Shown here in pieces: positions 8,617 to 18,419 of a stretch of DNA of 64,000 bases. Position 1 is the stretch's first letter. Each line of letters starts with the position of its first letter. Source of the DNA: Pseudomonadota bacterium (GTDB taxonomy: Bacteria; Desulfobacterota; Desulfobacteria; Desulfobacterales; UBA11574); NCBI GenBank assembly GCA_043827325.1, contig JBDRPF010000039.1, forward strand, positions 5,694 to 69,693, in the 5' to 3' direction. Under the pieces are notes generated by a model. That model was not told the DNA's origin. It saw only the letters and a list, made by a program, of their open reading frames with translations, and made no database searches. Made by a program: the position numbers and the translations under genes.

Positions 8617-11325
8617 ATGCCAAAAAAATTTACCGATAAAGAATTGGAGCAAGCAGAATCTAAGCTCAAGACGGCCGAGAAAGGGTTGCGCGAGATCGAG
8701 GAAAAATTCAAAACCGTCATTGAAAATATTGAAGACGGTTACTATGAAGTCGACATTGCTGGCAACTTTACCTTTCATAATGATTCAATGTGCAAAATTC
8801 TCGGATATTCCAAAGACGAATTAACAGGCTTGAATAACAGACGGTATATGGACGAGGAAAACGCCAAGAAAGTCTTTAAAGCCTTCAATAGGGTCTATAA
8901 AACAGGACAACCTTATAAAGCTTTTGATTGGGAACTGATAAGAAAGGATGGTTCCAAGTGTTATGTTGAGACATCAATATCTCTTAAAAAAGATTCAAAA
9001 GGTCAACCAATAGGTTTTCAGGGCATTGCGCGTGACGTTACCGAACGTAAGCAGGCGGAGGAGACGCTTCGGGGAAGCGAGGCTACTTTAAAAAGCATTT
9101 TTCGGGCTGCACCAATAGGTATTGGTATGGTCGCCGACAGGGTTATCAAACAAGCCAATGAACGTTTATGTAAAATGACTGGATACTCTCGTGAAGAGCT
9201 ATTGGGCAAAAGTGCAAGAATGGTTTATCCAAGTGACGAAGAATATGAATATGTTGGTCGGGAGAAATACACACAGATCAGTAAAAGAGGAACCGGGACC
9301 GTTGAGACACGCTGGCAGCGGAAAGATGGTAAAGTGATTGATATACTTTTGAGTTCGACCCCGATTGATCCTAACGATTTTCCCAAAGGTGTAACCTTTA
9401 CGGCACTGGATATAACCGAACGCAAACGGGTCGAGGAGGCGTTGAGGAAGAGCGATGAGATGCTGTCTTTGTATATGCGTTATTGCCCTAATCCTGTTTA
9501 TATGAAGGATGAAGATACCCGTGCTATCGTTCTCAGCCATCATTTTGAAAGGATGTTGGGCAAGCCTTTGTCTCAATTGCTTGGTAAAACCAACGAGGAA
9601 CTCTGGCCCCCGGAATTGGCTGCCGGGATGCGGGCAGATGATGAAAAAATCATGAAAGAGGGCTGCATCATTGAGCGGGAAGAGACTTTTGAAGGGCGGT
9701 ATTACTGGAGCGTGAAATTTCCAATTACCATTCCGAATCGCCCGCCCATGCTCGGCGGATACACTATTGATATTACCGAACGCAAGCAGGCGGATGAGGT
9801 GTTGCGGGAGAGTGAGGAAAGTTATAAACTGATTTTTAATTCAATGACGGATGGTTTAGCTCTTATTGATTTTGAAGGACAACTCGTAGATGTTAATCCG
9901 GAATTATGCAAGATGTACGGCTATGATCGTGATGAATTAATCGGACTTCCCGCCATTAATCTTATTCATCCCGACTACCACCATATCTTTGAAGCCTTCA
10001 AAGAGCAGATGATAAAAACCGGAAAATTTATCGGAGAGACAGTAAATATTCGCAAAGATGGGTCGACATTGAATGTGGAGGCCCGAGGCGGTTTAATCCG
10101 TTTAAAAGGAAAAGAATACTTCTTGGGCATTATTCGAGATATCAGCAAGAAAAAACAGCTTGAAGAACAACTCCGTCAATCCCAAAAAATGGAGGCCATC
10201 GGCACCCTTGCAGGTGGTATTGCTCACGAGTTTAACAACATCCTCGGGATTATCATCGGAAATACCGAACTGGCCATAGATGATGTGCCGGAATGGAGCC
10301 CGGCCAAAGATTGTTTGGAAGAGATTCGCACGGCTTCATTGCGGGCAAAAGATGTGGTGCGGCATATCATGAGCTTTGCCCGTAAAACGCCGAGTGAGCG
10401 AAATCCGATAAATATCGGCATCATTATCAAAGAGTCATTGAAGCTCATGCGGGCCACGATTCCAACGAGCATTGAAATTCGCCAGGAGGTTCTGTGTGAC
10501 ACGGAAATGATCCTTGCAAACCCGACCGAAATCAACCAGATCCTTCTGAACCTGTGCAACAATTCGGTCCATGCCATGGAAGAAGAAGCCGGTATCCTGG
10601 AAGTTAAGCTGGAAACAGTTATCCTTGATGATCGTTCAGCATCACAATACAACGATTTTACAACAGGTGACTATGTAAAACTGACCGTAAAGGATACCGG
10701 CACGGGGATCTATCCTGAGATCATGGATCGGATATTTGATCCGTATTTCACCACCAAGGGTGTGGGTAAAGGATTGGGTATGGGGATGGCTGTTGTATTT
10801 GGAATAGTGAAGAAGCATGATGGCGCGATAAAACTCATGAGCGAAGTTGGGAAAGGAACAACGGCTGAGGTGCTGTTTCCTATAACTGAGGCCCGGGCAG
10901 ATACCGAAGTGAAAAAATCTGATGCCTTACCAACGGGCTCAGAGCGCATTTTGTTTGTCGATGATGAGCCATCCCTGGTAAAGCTGGTCAAGCAAATGCT
11001 TGAGCGACAAGGATACGAGGTTGTGGGCAAAACAAGCAGCTTGGAAGCCTTGAAGCTGTTTCAGGAAGAATCCGGTAATTTTGACCTGATCATCACCGAC
11101 ATAGCGATGCCGCAGATGGCAGGCGATCAGTTGGCCAAGAGGCTGATCGCGGTTCGATCAGACATTCCTATTATCCTGTGCACAGGCCACAGCGACCGCA
11201 TCGATGAAGAGAAGGCGAAAGAGTTGGGAATTAAAGCCTATACAATGAAGCCGCTTAATAAGAAAGAGCTCAATATTATAGTCCGAAAAGTGTTGGATAA
11301 GGCGAAAGGCTCGACTCAAGGATAA
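8617..11325 (+). CDS. Multi-PAS hybrid sensor histidine kinase with C-terminal receiver domain
   Basis: Four PAS-like modules separated by recurring D[IV]TERK.AEE.LR.SE linkers. HisKA H-box (GGIAHEFNNIL). HATPase N/G boxes (LLNLCNNSVHA, DTGTGI, GKGLGMGMA). REC domain (ILFVDDEPS...DLIITDIAMP...TMKP). Confidence 0.9.
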   Translation: MPKKFTDKELEQAESKLKTAEKGLREIEEKFKTVIENIEDGYYEVDIAGNFTFHNDSMCKILGYSKDELTGLNNRRYMDEENAKKVFKAFNRVYKTGQPYKAFDWELIRKDGSKCYVETSISLKKDSKGQPIGFQGIARDVTERKQAEETLRGSEATLKSIFRAAPIGIGMVADRVIKQANERLCKMTGYSREELLGKSARMVYPSDEEYEYVGREKYTQISKRGTGTVETRWQRKDGKVIDILLSSTPIDPNDFPKGVTFTALDITERKRVEEALRKSDEMLSLYMRYCPNPVYMKDEDTRAIVLSHHFERMLGKPLSQLLGKTNEELWPPELAAGMRADDEKIMKEGCIIEREETFEGRYYWSVKFPITIPNRPPMLGGYTIDITERKQADEVLRESEESYKLIFNSMTDGLALIDFEGQLVDVNPELCKMYGYDRDELIGLPAINLIHPDYHHIFEAFKEQMIKTGKFIGETVNIRKDGSTLNVEARGGLIRLKGKEYFLGIIRDISKKKQLEEQLRQSQKMEAIGTLAGGIAHEFNNILGIIIGNTELAIDDVPEWSPAKDCLEEIRTASLRAKDVVRHIMSFARKTPSERNPINIGIIIKESLKLMRATIPTSIEIRQEVLCDTEMILANPTEINQILLNLCNNSVHAMEEEAGILEVKLETVILDDRSASQYNDFTTGDYVKLTVKDTGTGIYPEIMDRIFDPYFTTKGVGKGLGMGMAVVFGIVKKHDGAIKLMSEVGKGTTAEVLFPITEARADTEVKKSDALPTGSERILFVDDEPSLVKLVKQMLERQGYEVVGKTSSLEALKLFQEESGNFDLIITDIAMPQMAGDQLAKRLIAVRSDIPIILCTGHSDRIDEEKAKELGIKAYTMKPLNKKELNIIVRKVLDKAKGSTQG

Positions 11326-11455
11326 TCCTATTCACAATATTTGATGGCTCCAGTGATGTTCAATACCATATCACCAAACGATAGTTGCTACGATTCTGCT
11401 ATCTATATTTAAGCTTTAGCAACTGCGCATTAATAATAGTTCACTCCGCCTTCTT

Positions 11456-11549
11456 AGCCCGAATTTCTCATGAAAAATTTATTTTGGTTTTGAAACCGTA
11501 AATGCCTTGTTACTGAGTCGCTCAGGCTCGTGAGAAAGCGGGTTAGCCC
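11456..11549 (+). repeat. Repeat family A, copy 2, with an inverted partner arm (hairpin-capable ~95-nt element)
   Basis: 11456-11495 is a direct repeat of 6402-6441. In addition, 11527-11547 (ctcgtgagaaagcgggttagc) is an imperfect reverse complement of the left end (ttagcccgaatttctcatga). Confidence 0.7.
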
Positions 11550-11574
11550 CTGCGGCGAGTTGGCGCACCGTCAT

Positions 11575-12573
11575 TTATCCTCCCACCGAACCGGCAAAAA
11601 AGCAGGCAACGTGGTGGTCGTTCCCTTCATCCTTCAGCGGCGGTTCTTCCCGGCTGCAGATTTCCTTTGCATATAAACAGCGGGTGTGGAAACGGCACCC
11701 TTCGGGCGGATTGATGGGACTGGGGACATCCCCTTTCAAAATGATCCTGTTCCGTTTCAGCGTCGGGTCGGGTACGGGTGACGCGGAAAGAAGGGCCTGG
11801 GTGTAAGGGTGCAGGGGGTTCCGGTAGAGATCTTCGCTTTTTGCCAGTTCGGCGATTTTTCCCAGGTACATCACCGCGACACGGTCACTGACATGCTCAA
11901 CAACGCTCAGATCATGGGAGATAAAGAGATACGTCAGCCCGAACTTTTCCTGCAGATTTTTCAGCAGATTGATGACCTGGGCCTGTATGGAAACATCCAG
12001 GGCAGACACCGCCTCATCGCAGACGATCAGCCTGGGGTTGAGGGCAAGGGCGCGGGCTACACCGATGCGCTGGCGCTGGCCCCCGGAGAACTGGTGCGGG
12101 TAACGGCGCATATGTTCCTTGCGCAACCCGACCTCATTTAACAGTTCGTGTACGCGTTCTTCTCTCTCCCGCCGATTTTTTACCCCGTGTATCAACAGCG
12201 GTTCGCCGATGATGTGGGACACCGGTTTTCTCGGGTTGAGGGAGGAATACGGGTCCTGAAAGATAATCTGCATTTTCGCCCTTAGATGGCGCATCTGTTC
12301 GGGCGAATAGGCGAGGATGTTTTCCCCTTCAAAGAAAACCTCACCGGATGTGGGTTCTTCCAAACGAAGGATGGCACGGCCGAAGGTGGTTTTGCCGCAG
12401 CCCGATTCACCCACCAAACCCAGAGTTTCGCCGTTTTCGATTGTCAGGTTTACGCGGTCAACGGCTTTAACCGAAGCGACTTCCTTTAAGAACAGACCGC
12501 CGCGAATCGGGTAATATTTAACCAGATTTCGGGCCTGGAGAAGGGGCTGTGGTTCTTGACGGGAATCAGGCAT
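11575..12573 (-). CDS. Oligopeptide/dipeptide ABC transporter ATP-binding protein (OppF/DppF type)
   Basis: Walker [10 protein letters not shown], signature FSGGQRQR, Walker [14 protein letters not shown]-terminal oligopeptide-transporter extension with Cys residues. Confidence 0.9.
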   Translation of the reverse strand: MPDSRQEPQPLLQARNLVKYYPIRGGLFLKEVASVKAVDRVNLTIENGETLGLVGESGCGKTTFGRAILRLEEPTSGEVFFEGENILAYSPEQMRHLRAKMQIIFQDPYSSLNPRKPVSHIIGEPLLIHGVKNRREREERVHELLNEVGLRKEHMRRYPHQFSGGQRQRIGVARALALNPRLIVCDEAVSALDVSIQAQVINLLKNLQEKFGLTYLFISHDLSVVEHVSDRVAVMYLGKIAELAKSEDLYRNPLHPYTQALLSASPVPDPTLKRNRIILKGDVPSPINPPEGCRFHTRCLYAKEICSREEPPLKDEGNDHHVACFFAGSVGG

Positions 12574-13543
12574 ATTTCAAACACCTTGCCGTGTGGTTTT
12601 CTCCCACGGTGTACATCTCCGGTTTTACGGTGTGACACGTGTCGAAAACATCCGGGCACCGGTCACTGAACAGGCAGCTTTCGGGCAGATTGAAAAGCGA
12701 CGGAACGATGCCCTTGATGGTCTTCAGCGGACGGCCGGCGATTTGTCTGCCGAGCACCGGGATGGACGCCAGGAGGCCCACCGTGTAGGGATGCTTCGGG
12801 TTTGCGAAAATGGCATTGACATCGGTATATTCCACTACTTTCCCGGCATACATTACCGCCACGAACTGGGCTATCTCGGCAATTACGCCCAGATCATGGG
12901 TAATGAAAAGAATGGCAGCACCGGTATCGGTTTTGAGCCTGTTCATCAGGTCCAGAATCTGGGCCTGGATCGTTACGTCCAGGGCCGTGGTGGGCTCATC
13001 GGCAATCATCAACTGGGGGGTGCAGGCAAGGGCCATGGCGATCATCACCCGCTGGCGCATACCGCCGCTCATCTGGTGAGGATAGCTGGACAGCCGCTTT
13101 TTCGGATCAGGTATGCCCACGAGCTGAAACATTTCCACAACCCTGTTTCGCGTATCCGCTCGAGAAAGTTTCTGGTGCAGCCGGATGACCTCACCCACCT
13201 GATCCCCTACCGGAAAAACGGGATTTAATGATGTCATCGGTTCCTGAAAAATCATGGATATCCGGTTGCCCCTGATCTTGCGCATTTTAGCTTCCGAAAA
13301 TTCGAGAATATCCCGGCCTTCAAAAATAATTTTTCCGCTTACAATCCGTCCGGGCGGCTGAGGGATGAGCTGGATGATGGAATGAGCGGTGACACTTTTG
13401 CCGCAGCCCGACTCGCCCACAAGCCCCAGGGTTTCTCCCGGGCCGATGGTTAAACTCACATTGTCGACAGCTCTGGCCACGTGCCCCCTGACATCGAAAT
13501 AGGTGCGCAAATTTTGAATTTCCAACAAATTGTCGTGATCCAT
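12566..13543 (-). CDS. Oligopeptide/dipeptide ABC transporter ATP-binding protein (OppD/DppD type)
   Basis: Walker [10 protein letters not shown], signature MSGGMRQR, Walker [13 protein letters not shown]. 8-nt overlap with the downstream ATPase gene. Confidence 0.9.
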   Translation of the reverse strand: MDHDNLLEIQNLRTYFDVRGHVARAVDNVSLTIGPGETLGLVGESGCGKSVTAHSIIQLIPQPPGRIVSGKIIFEGRDILEFSEAKMRKIRGNRISMIFQEPMTSLNPVFPVGDQVGEVIRLHQKLSRADTRNRVVEMFQLVGIPDPKKRLSSYPHQMSGGMRQRVMIAMALACTPQLMIADEPTTALDVTIQAQILDLMNRLKTDTGAAILFITHDLGVIAEIAQFVAVMYAGKVVEYTDVNAIFANPKHPYTVGLLASIPVLGRQIAGRPLKTIKGIVPSLFNLPESCLFSDRCPDVFDTCHTVKPEMYTVGENHTARCLKYA

Positions 13544-13549
13544 CCGTTG

Positions 13550-14443
13550 TCAATCCCTCAGTCTCGGGTCCAGGGCATCGCGTAATCCGTCACCCAGAAG
13601 ATTAAAACCAAGCACCGCCAGCAGGATGGCAATGCCGGGAAAGGTCATGACCCAGGAAGCCCTGAGAATCAGCGACCGGCTGCTGGCAATCATGGCCCCC
13701 CACTCCGGTGTCGGCGGCTGTGCGCCCAATCCGAGGTAGCTCAACGCCGCAGCATCCAGAATGGCGGATGCAAAGCTCAAAGTGGTCTGCACAATCAGCG
13801 GTCCCAGGCAGTTGGGCAGAATGGCGACAAATATGATCCGCCAATCCTTCGCACCGATAGCCCTGGCAGCCATGACATAGTCTTTTTCACACTCTTCCAG
13901 CACGCTGCCGCGTACGATGCGGGCGAATCGCGGAACATAGGTGATGCCGATGGCCATCATGGCGTTTTGCAGGCTGGGTCCCAGATATGCCACCACCACA
14001 ATGGCCAGGAGAAGGTAAGGAAAGGCCAGAATAATATCCATGATACGCATGATAACGTTGTCCAGGGCGCCTTTATAATATCCGGATATGGAACCGAGCA
14101 GGGTTCCCAGGACAAAGGCCAGCCCCACACTGACCACCGCCACAATAAGAGAAACCCGGGAACCGTAAATAATCCGGGAAAGGATATCCCGCCCTAGGTC
14201 GTCGGTACCGAGGATGTTCTTTTCTGAACCGCCGTCGGCCCAGATCGGCGGTTTGAGCTGGTCATAGAGCGACGTCTCCACAGGATTGTGGGGGCTCAGC
14301 GGTTTTGCAAACACGGCGGCGAACACAAAACAGGTAATGATGATCAGACCGGCCACGGCGGTTTTATTTCGCCACAGCTGATCGATCTGATCCAACAGCG
14401 GGTGCCGGTCTTCGGGGCTTTTTTTAGGTTTGTTTTTGTCCAT
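13550..14443 (-). CDS. Peptide ABC transporter permease (OppC/DppC type)
   Basis: Polytopic. Typical ILGTDDLGRDILSR segment and a BPD-transporter EAA-like loop (AARAIGAKDWRIIF). Confidence 0.9.
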   Translation of the reverse strand: MDKNKPKKSPEDRHPLLDQIDQLWRNKTAVAGLIIITCFVFAAVFAKPLSPHNPVETSLYDQLKPPIWADGGSEKNILGTDDLGRDILSRIIYGSRVSLIVAVVSVGLAFVLGTLLGSISGYYKGALDNVIMRIMDIILAFPYLLLAIVVVAYLGPSLQNAMMAIGITYVPRFARIVRGSVLEECEKDYVMAARAIGAKDWRIIFVAILPNCLGPLIVQTTLSFASAILDAAALSYLGLGAQPPTPEWGAMIASSRSLILRASWVMTFPGIAILLAVLGFNLLGDGLRDALDPRLRD

Positions 14444-14451
14444 TTCAAATA

Positions 14452-14490
14452 GCGGCGAAGCCGCATTATATAAAATCGTGAAGCGATTTT
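14452..14490. repeat. Repeat family B, copy 1: twin GAA-loop mini-hairpins between two permease genes
   Basis: gcggc-gaa-gccgc, 7-nt spacer, aaaatcgt-gaa-gcgatttt. 35 of 39 nt identical to 27011-27049. Confidence 0.8.
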
Positions 14491-14491
14491 A

Positions 14492-15496
14492 TTATTGTAC
14501 ACTAATCCTCGGGTTGATCACCGCATAGAGCACATCCACCACCAGGTTGATGACGACGAAGAGGGCGGCAATAAAGAGCGTGCCCCCCTGAATGACCATG
14601 TAATCGCGCTTCATCACCGCGTCAAACATCCACTTGCCCACCCCGGGCCAGGCAAAGATGGTCTCCGTGAGGATCGCTCCACCCAGTGCCACACCGAATT
14701 GCAGACCGATGGTTGTCACAATCGGAATCAGGGCGTTGCGAAGCGCGTGCTTGAACGTTACGGTAAACCGGGACAGGCCCTTGGCTTTGGCTGTTTTGAT
14801 GTAGTCCTGGCGGAGAACTTCGAGCATGGACGATCGCGTCATCCGTGCGACAATGGCCATGGGGATGCTGCTCAGGGTTACGGCCGGCATAATAATGTGC
14901 CACAGAACGTCTTTGAGCGCTATCCAGTTTCGTGTCAGTAGGGCATCCAGAATATAAAAGTTGGTGATGACTTCCAGGTCGACGCCGATGCTCAGCCGTC
15001 CGGACAGGGGCAGCCATCCGAGATGCACCGAAAAAATCAGCATAAAGACAAGGCCCAGCCAGAATATGGGCATACTGACCCCGATCAGCGCGCCGAGCAT
15101 ACTCAAATAGTCAAAAATGGAATTTTGGCGGGTGGCGGAAATGATGCCGAACAGGATACCAAAAAAGCAGCTGATGAGAAGTGCGGTAACGGATAGTTCG
15201 ATGGTTGCCGGAAAACGCTCCTTGATTTCGATCCATACCTTCTGTCGGCTCCAGATGGTTTCTCCCAGGTCTCCCTTCATCAAACGTTTCAGAAACATTC
15301 CGTACTGAACATGCAGGGGTTCATTGAGTCCCAGGTGCTCACGGATCTCCACTATGGCTTCCTCGGTGGCCCGTTCCCCCAATAGCAGTTCGGCCGGGTC
15401 TCCGGGTGTGATGCGGAGCATGAGAAACACAATGATGGATATTCCCAGCAGGGTCGGGATCAGTATCAGTATTCTTCGAAGAATGTAGACCGGCAT
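14492..15496 (-). CDS. Peptide ABC transporter permease (OppB/DppB type)
   Basis: Starts MPVYILRRILILIPTLLGISIIVF, the typical OppB/DppB opening. Six hydrophobic segments. EAA-like loop (YIKTAKAKGLS). Confidence 0.9.
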   Translation of the reverse strand: MPVYILRRILILIPTLLGISIIVFLMLRITPGDPAELLLGERATEEAIVEIREHLGLNEPLHVQYGMFLKRLMKGDLGETIWSRQKVWIEIKERFPATIELSVTALLISCFFGILFGIISATRQNSIFDYLSMLGALIGVSMPIFWLGLVFMLIFSVHLGWLPLSGRLSIGVDLEVITNFYILDALLTRNWIALKDVLWHIIMPAVTLSSIPMAIVARMTRSSMLEVLRQDYIKTAKAKGLSRFTVTFKHALRNALIPIVTTIGLQFGVALGGAILTETIFAWPGVGKWMFDAVMKRDYMVIQGGTLFIAALFVVINLVVDVLYAVINPRISVQ

Positions 15497-15572
15497 GGGA
15501 TTTTATTTAGTCCTAAAAACCTGGTCCTCCGGGGTGCACTTAAATCCGCGTCCTCCGGGCCCGGATCTTTTA

Positions 15573-17306
15573 CTATTCCAGCCACACGTTTTTCAACCGG
15601 ACGGATGCGGTCGGGTGCAGCTTGAAGTCCTTTACGGTCTTTTGGGCCGGCCAGATGACCGTGGAGTGGGCCACACTGATAACCGGGCATTCGTCGTAGA
15701 TGAGCTGTTGCGCTTTCTGGTAAATTTTGGCCCTTTCAGCCATGTCAATGGTCTGTTTTCCCTGCTGCATCAACTTGTGGTATTCCTCGTTCTTCCACTG
15801 GGTCCGGATGGAATCGGACGCCAGTCCGTCAAAAAGCACCGCCAGAAAGTTGTCCGGGTCACCGTTGTCACCGGTCCACCCCAGTTGAAAGAGATCCATG
15901 TCTTCGGGCTGTTCTCTCTGACGCTTCAGGTAGGTACCCCAGTCGTAGCTCACAATTCTGGACCTGATGCCGACTTTGGCGAGGTCTGCGGACATGGCTA
16001 CACCGATTTTCAGTCCTTCGGGATTGTACGGCCTGGGAACCGGCATGGACCAGAGGGTGATTTCTCCGAGCCCGTTGCCTTCGGGAAAACCGGCTTCGGC
16101 GAGCAATTTTTTGGCCAGGTCGGGATTGTATTCAAATCCGGGGACGTTCATGTTATACCCCCACATGGTCGGCGGAATGGGGTTTTTCGCAACCTGCCCC
16201 ATGCCCTGGTAGAGATTGTCCACGATGGCCTTGCAATCGATGGCGTAGGCAATGGCTTTGCGGAGCTTGACATTGCTTTTCCAGGGCTCCTTGGTGTGGT
16301 TGAAGGAGAGGTAACCGATGTTCATCCCGGGTTGCGTTGGAAGAATCAGATTCGGGTCTTTTCGGGCAAGATCGATATCGGCCGGGTTGGGGAACTGACA
16401 AATGTGGATATTGCCGGTCTTGAGTTCCAGAAAACGAACAGAGTTTTCCGGGATGGAGCGGAATACGACCTTGTCGAGATAGGGCCCGCCGGATTTGTCC
16501 CAGTAGTCATTGAATTTTTCAAGGACAATCTGGTCGTCATTGACCCATTTGACAAACTTGAACGGACCGGTCCCGACGGGATTGCGTACAAATTCTTTGG
16601 GATTTGCCGTAAAGGCGGTTGGGCTGATGATGTCGGCAAAGTCCATTCCCATGTTGGCCAGAAACGGGGCATCGACCCGTTTCAGCTTGAAAGCCACCGT
16701 GTATTCATCGGTTGCCTCGATGGCGTCGACGGTGTCGTCCATCTCCATGGACACCCAGTATTCCGGCGTGCGTTCCTGGGGAGGGATATCCCAGTTTTGA
16801 CCGTGGAATTTGACGTTTCTTTCTTTCATCATTCGGCCGATGGAAAAAACAACGGCATCCGCATTAAAGGCGGTTCCGTCGTGAAATATAACCCCCTTTC
16901 TTAAGTGGAAGGTGTAGGTCTTTCCATCGGGTGAAATGTCCCACGACTCGGCAAGTCCCGGTTCCAGGCTGGTTGATTCATCCGCGTACGCGACTAACGC
17001 TTCGAAAACATTGTCACAAATCATGAATGAGTTTCCATCCGTTTCATAGGCCGGGTCGAGCCCGACACTGTCACCGCCACGGCCGAAAACAAGAACTTTC
17101 CCTTTGGCGGGAGCCGGGTTTTGCGCCTCGACCGCTTTTTCTTGAACCGGCTCAGCAAGAGCCGGTTTTTGCGCCTCGGCAACTTTTTTATCCGGGGCCG
17201 GGGCTTCTTCTTCGGTTTTCTGCCCGCAGGCGATCAAGCTTATGGAGAGCACCGCCATCACAAAAATATAAAAAGCGTTTTTTCCCATTCTCTTAAATCG
17301 TTCCAT
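15573..17306 (-). CDS. ABC transporter substrate-binding lipoprotein, family 5 (peptide/nickel type)
   Basis: Lipobox LIACG, Ala/Pro/Glu-rich linker, then family-5 SBP length and patterns (GPFKFVKW, LEKFNDYW). Confidence 0.9.
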   Translation of the reverse strand: MERFKRMGKNAFYIFVMAVLSISLIACGQKTEEEAPAPDKKVAEAQKPALAEPVQEKAVEAQNPAPAKGKVLVFGRGGDSVGLDPAYETDGNSFMICDNVFEALVAYADESTSLEPGLAESWDISPDGKTYTFHLRKGVIFHDGTAFNADAVVFSIGRMMKERNVKFHGQNWDIPPQERTPEYWVSMEMDDTVDAIEATDEYTVAFKLKRVDAPFLANMGMDFADIISPTAFTANPKEFVRNPVGTGPFKFVKWVNDDQIVLEKFNDYWDKSGGPYLDKVVFRSIPENSVRFLELKTGNIHICQFPNPADIDLARKDPNLILPTQPGMNIGYLSFNHTKEPWKSNVKLRKAIAYAIDCKAIVDNLYQGMGQVAKNPIPPTMWGYNMNVPGFEYNPDLAKKLLAEAGFPEGNGLGEITLWSMPVPRPYNPEGLKIGVAMSADLAKVGIRSRIVSYDWGTYLKRQREQPEDMDLFQLGWTGDNGDPDNFLAVLFDGLASDSIRTQWKNEEYHKLMQQGKQTIDMAERAKIYQKAQQLIYDECPVISVAHSTVIWPAQKTVKDFKLHPTASVRLKNVWLE

Positions 17307-17489
17307 CTTTTCCCCCTCCCTTGCTGTTTTAATTTAGTCTTTGAAAACCGGGTCCTCTGTGCCCGGATTCTTTACTCGGTGAGTTATTGATGAACGGTCG
17401 GTATTAAAGCAGTTCTCAAATTTTGATATCATATGAATTCGATTGTCAAATATCTGTGCCGGGAGGTAACATGCCGTGAAAAATCCGGG

Positions 17490-18419
17490 CTAAGGGGTGA
17501 TTTCGGTACCGGCGTTGCCGAAGACGGCCTGTTCGATATCATCAAGCGAAGTGATTACGGCGCGTTTCCCACGATTACGGACAAACTGCACGGCTGCTTC
17601 TATCTTTGGGCTCATGGATCCGGGGGGGAAATGCCCCTTTTTGATGTATCGATCAGCCTGATCAAGGGTCACGGAACGAAGGAATTTCCGGTTTTTTTTG
17701 CCGAAGTCAAGTGCCGCTCCCGGGACGTCCGTTGCGATGACGAAGATATCCACGCCCACGTCTTCGGCCAGTTTTGCGCTGGCCAGATCTTTGTCGATCA
17801 CCGCATCCACACCGTAAAAGGCGCGGCCTTCACGGATCACGGGTATGCCGCCGCCGCCGCAGCAGATCACGATGAAATTCATATCGATGAGTTTTTTGAT
17901 TTCTCGCTTTTCCACTATGGTTACGGGTCGGGGAGATACCACCACCCGGCGGTAACCTGTTGCGGTTTTACGAACAGGGAAGGGAGCGGATGCGGCCTCT
18001 TTCTTCGAGTAGACAGGACCGATGGGTTTCACGGGGTTTTTAAACGCCGGGTCTTTTTCATCCACCACCACGTAACTGATAAGGCTGACGAGGGGCTGGG
18101 TGTTGATTCCCATTTTCATGAGTTCGCCGTCGAGCGTCGATTCTATCATGTACCCGATTTGGCCCTGTGTCTGTGCCACCAGAATTTCCAGGGGCAGCTT
18201 GGGGACCGTGTCGCAGCTTTCCTGCTGCAACAGCAGGTTTCCCACCTGCGGTCCATTTCCGTGGGTGATGATGATCCTGTATTTTCGGGACAGTCTGGCA
18301 ATCTGCCGCATGGGCAGCTTGAGGTTCTCGAATTGCTGCTCGGTGGTCCCTTCCTGGCCTTTTCGGACGAGCGCGTTCCCCCCGAGCGCAATCAGCAGTA
18401 TTTTATTTTTTACTTTCAT
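17490..18419 (-). CDS. arcC: Carbamate kinase
   Basis: LIALGGNAL...IITHGNGPQVGNLLLQ, amino-acid-kinase fold, ~310 aa. Start overlaps the stop of the upstream gene by 4 nt. Confidence 0.9.
   Translation of the reverse strand: MKVKNKILLIALGGNALVRKGQEGTTEQQFENLKLPMRQIARLSRKYRIIITHGNGPQVGNLLLQQESCDTVPKLPLEILVAQTQGQIGYMIESTLDGELMKMGINTQPLVSLISYVVVDEKDPAFKNPVKPIGPVYSKKEAASAPFPVRKTATGYRRVVVSPRPVTIVEKREIKKLIDMNFIVICCGGGGIPVIREGRAFYGVDAVIDKDLASAKLAEDVGVDIFVIATDVPGAALDFGKKNRKFLRSVTLDQADRYIKKGHFPPGSMSPKIEAAVQFVRNRGKRAVITSLDDIEQAVFGNAGTEITP

Noticed and set aside
8451-8720. 89-aa minus-strand ORF overlapping the histidine-kinase start
   Set aside because: It lies in an AT-rich promoter region, overlaps a strongly supported gene, and has no motif.
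15495-16904. 469-aa ORF on the plus strand
   Set aside because: It lies entirely antisense to the well-supported substrate-binding protein gene. Its composition is Gly/Val/Arg/His/Phe-rich with no recognisable motif, which is typical of a shadow frame.
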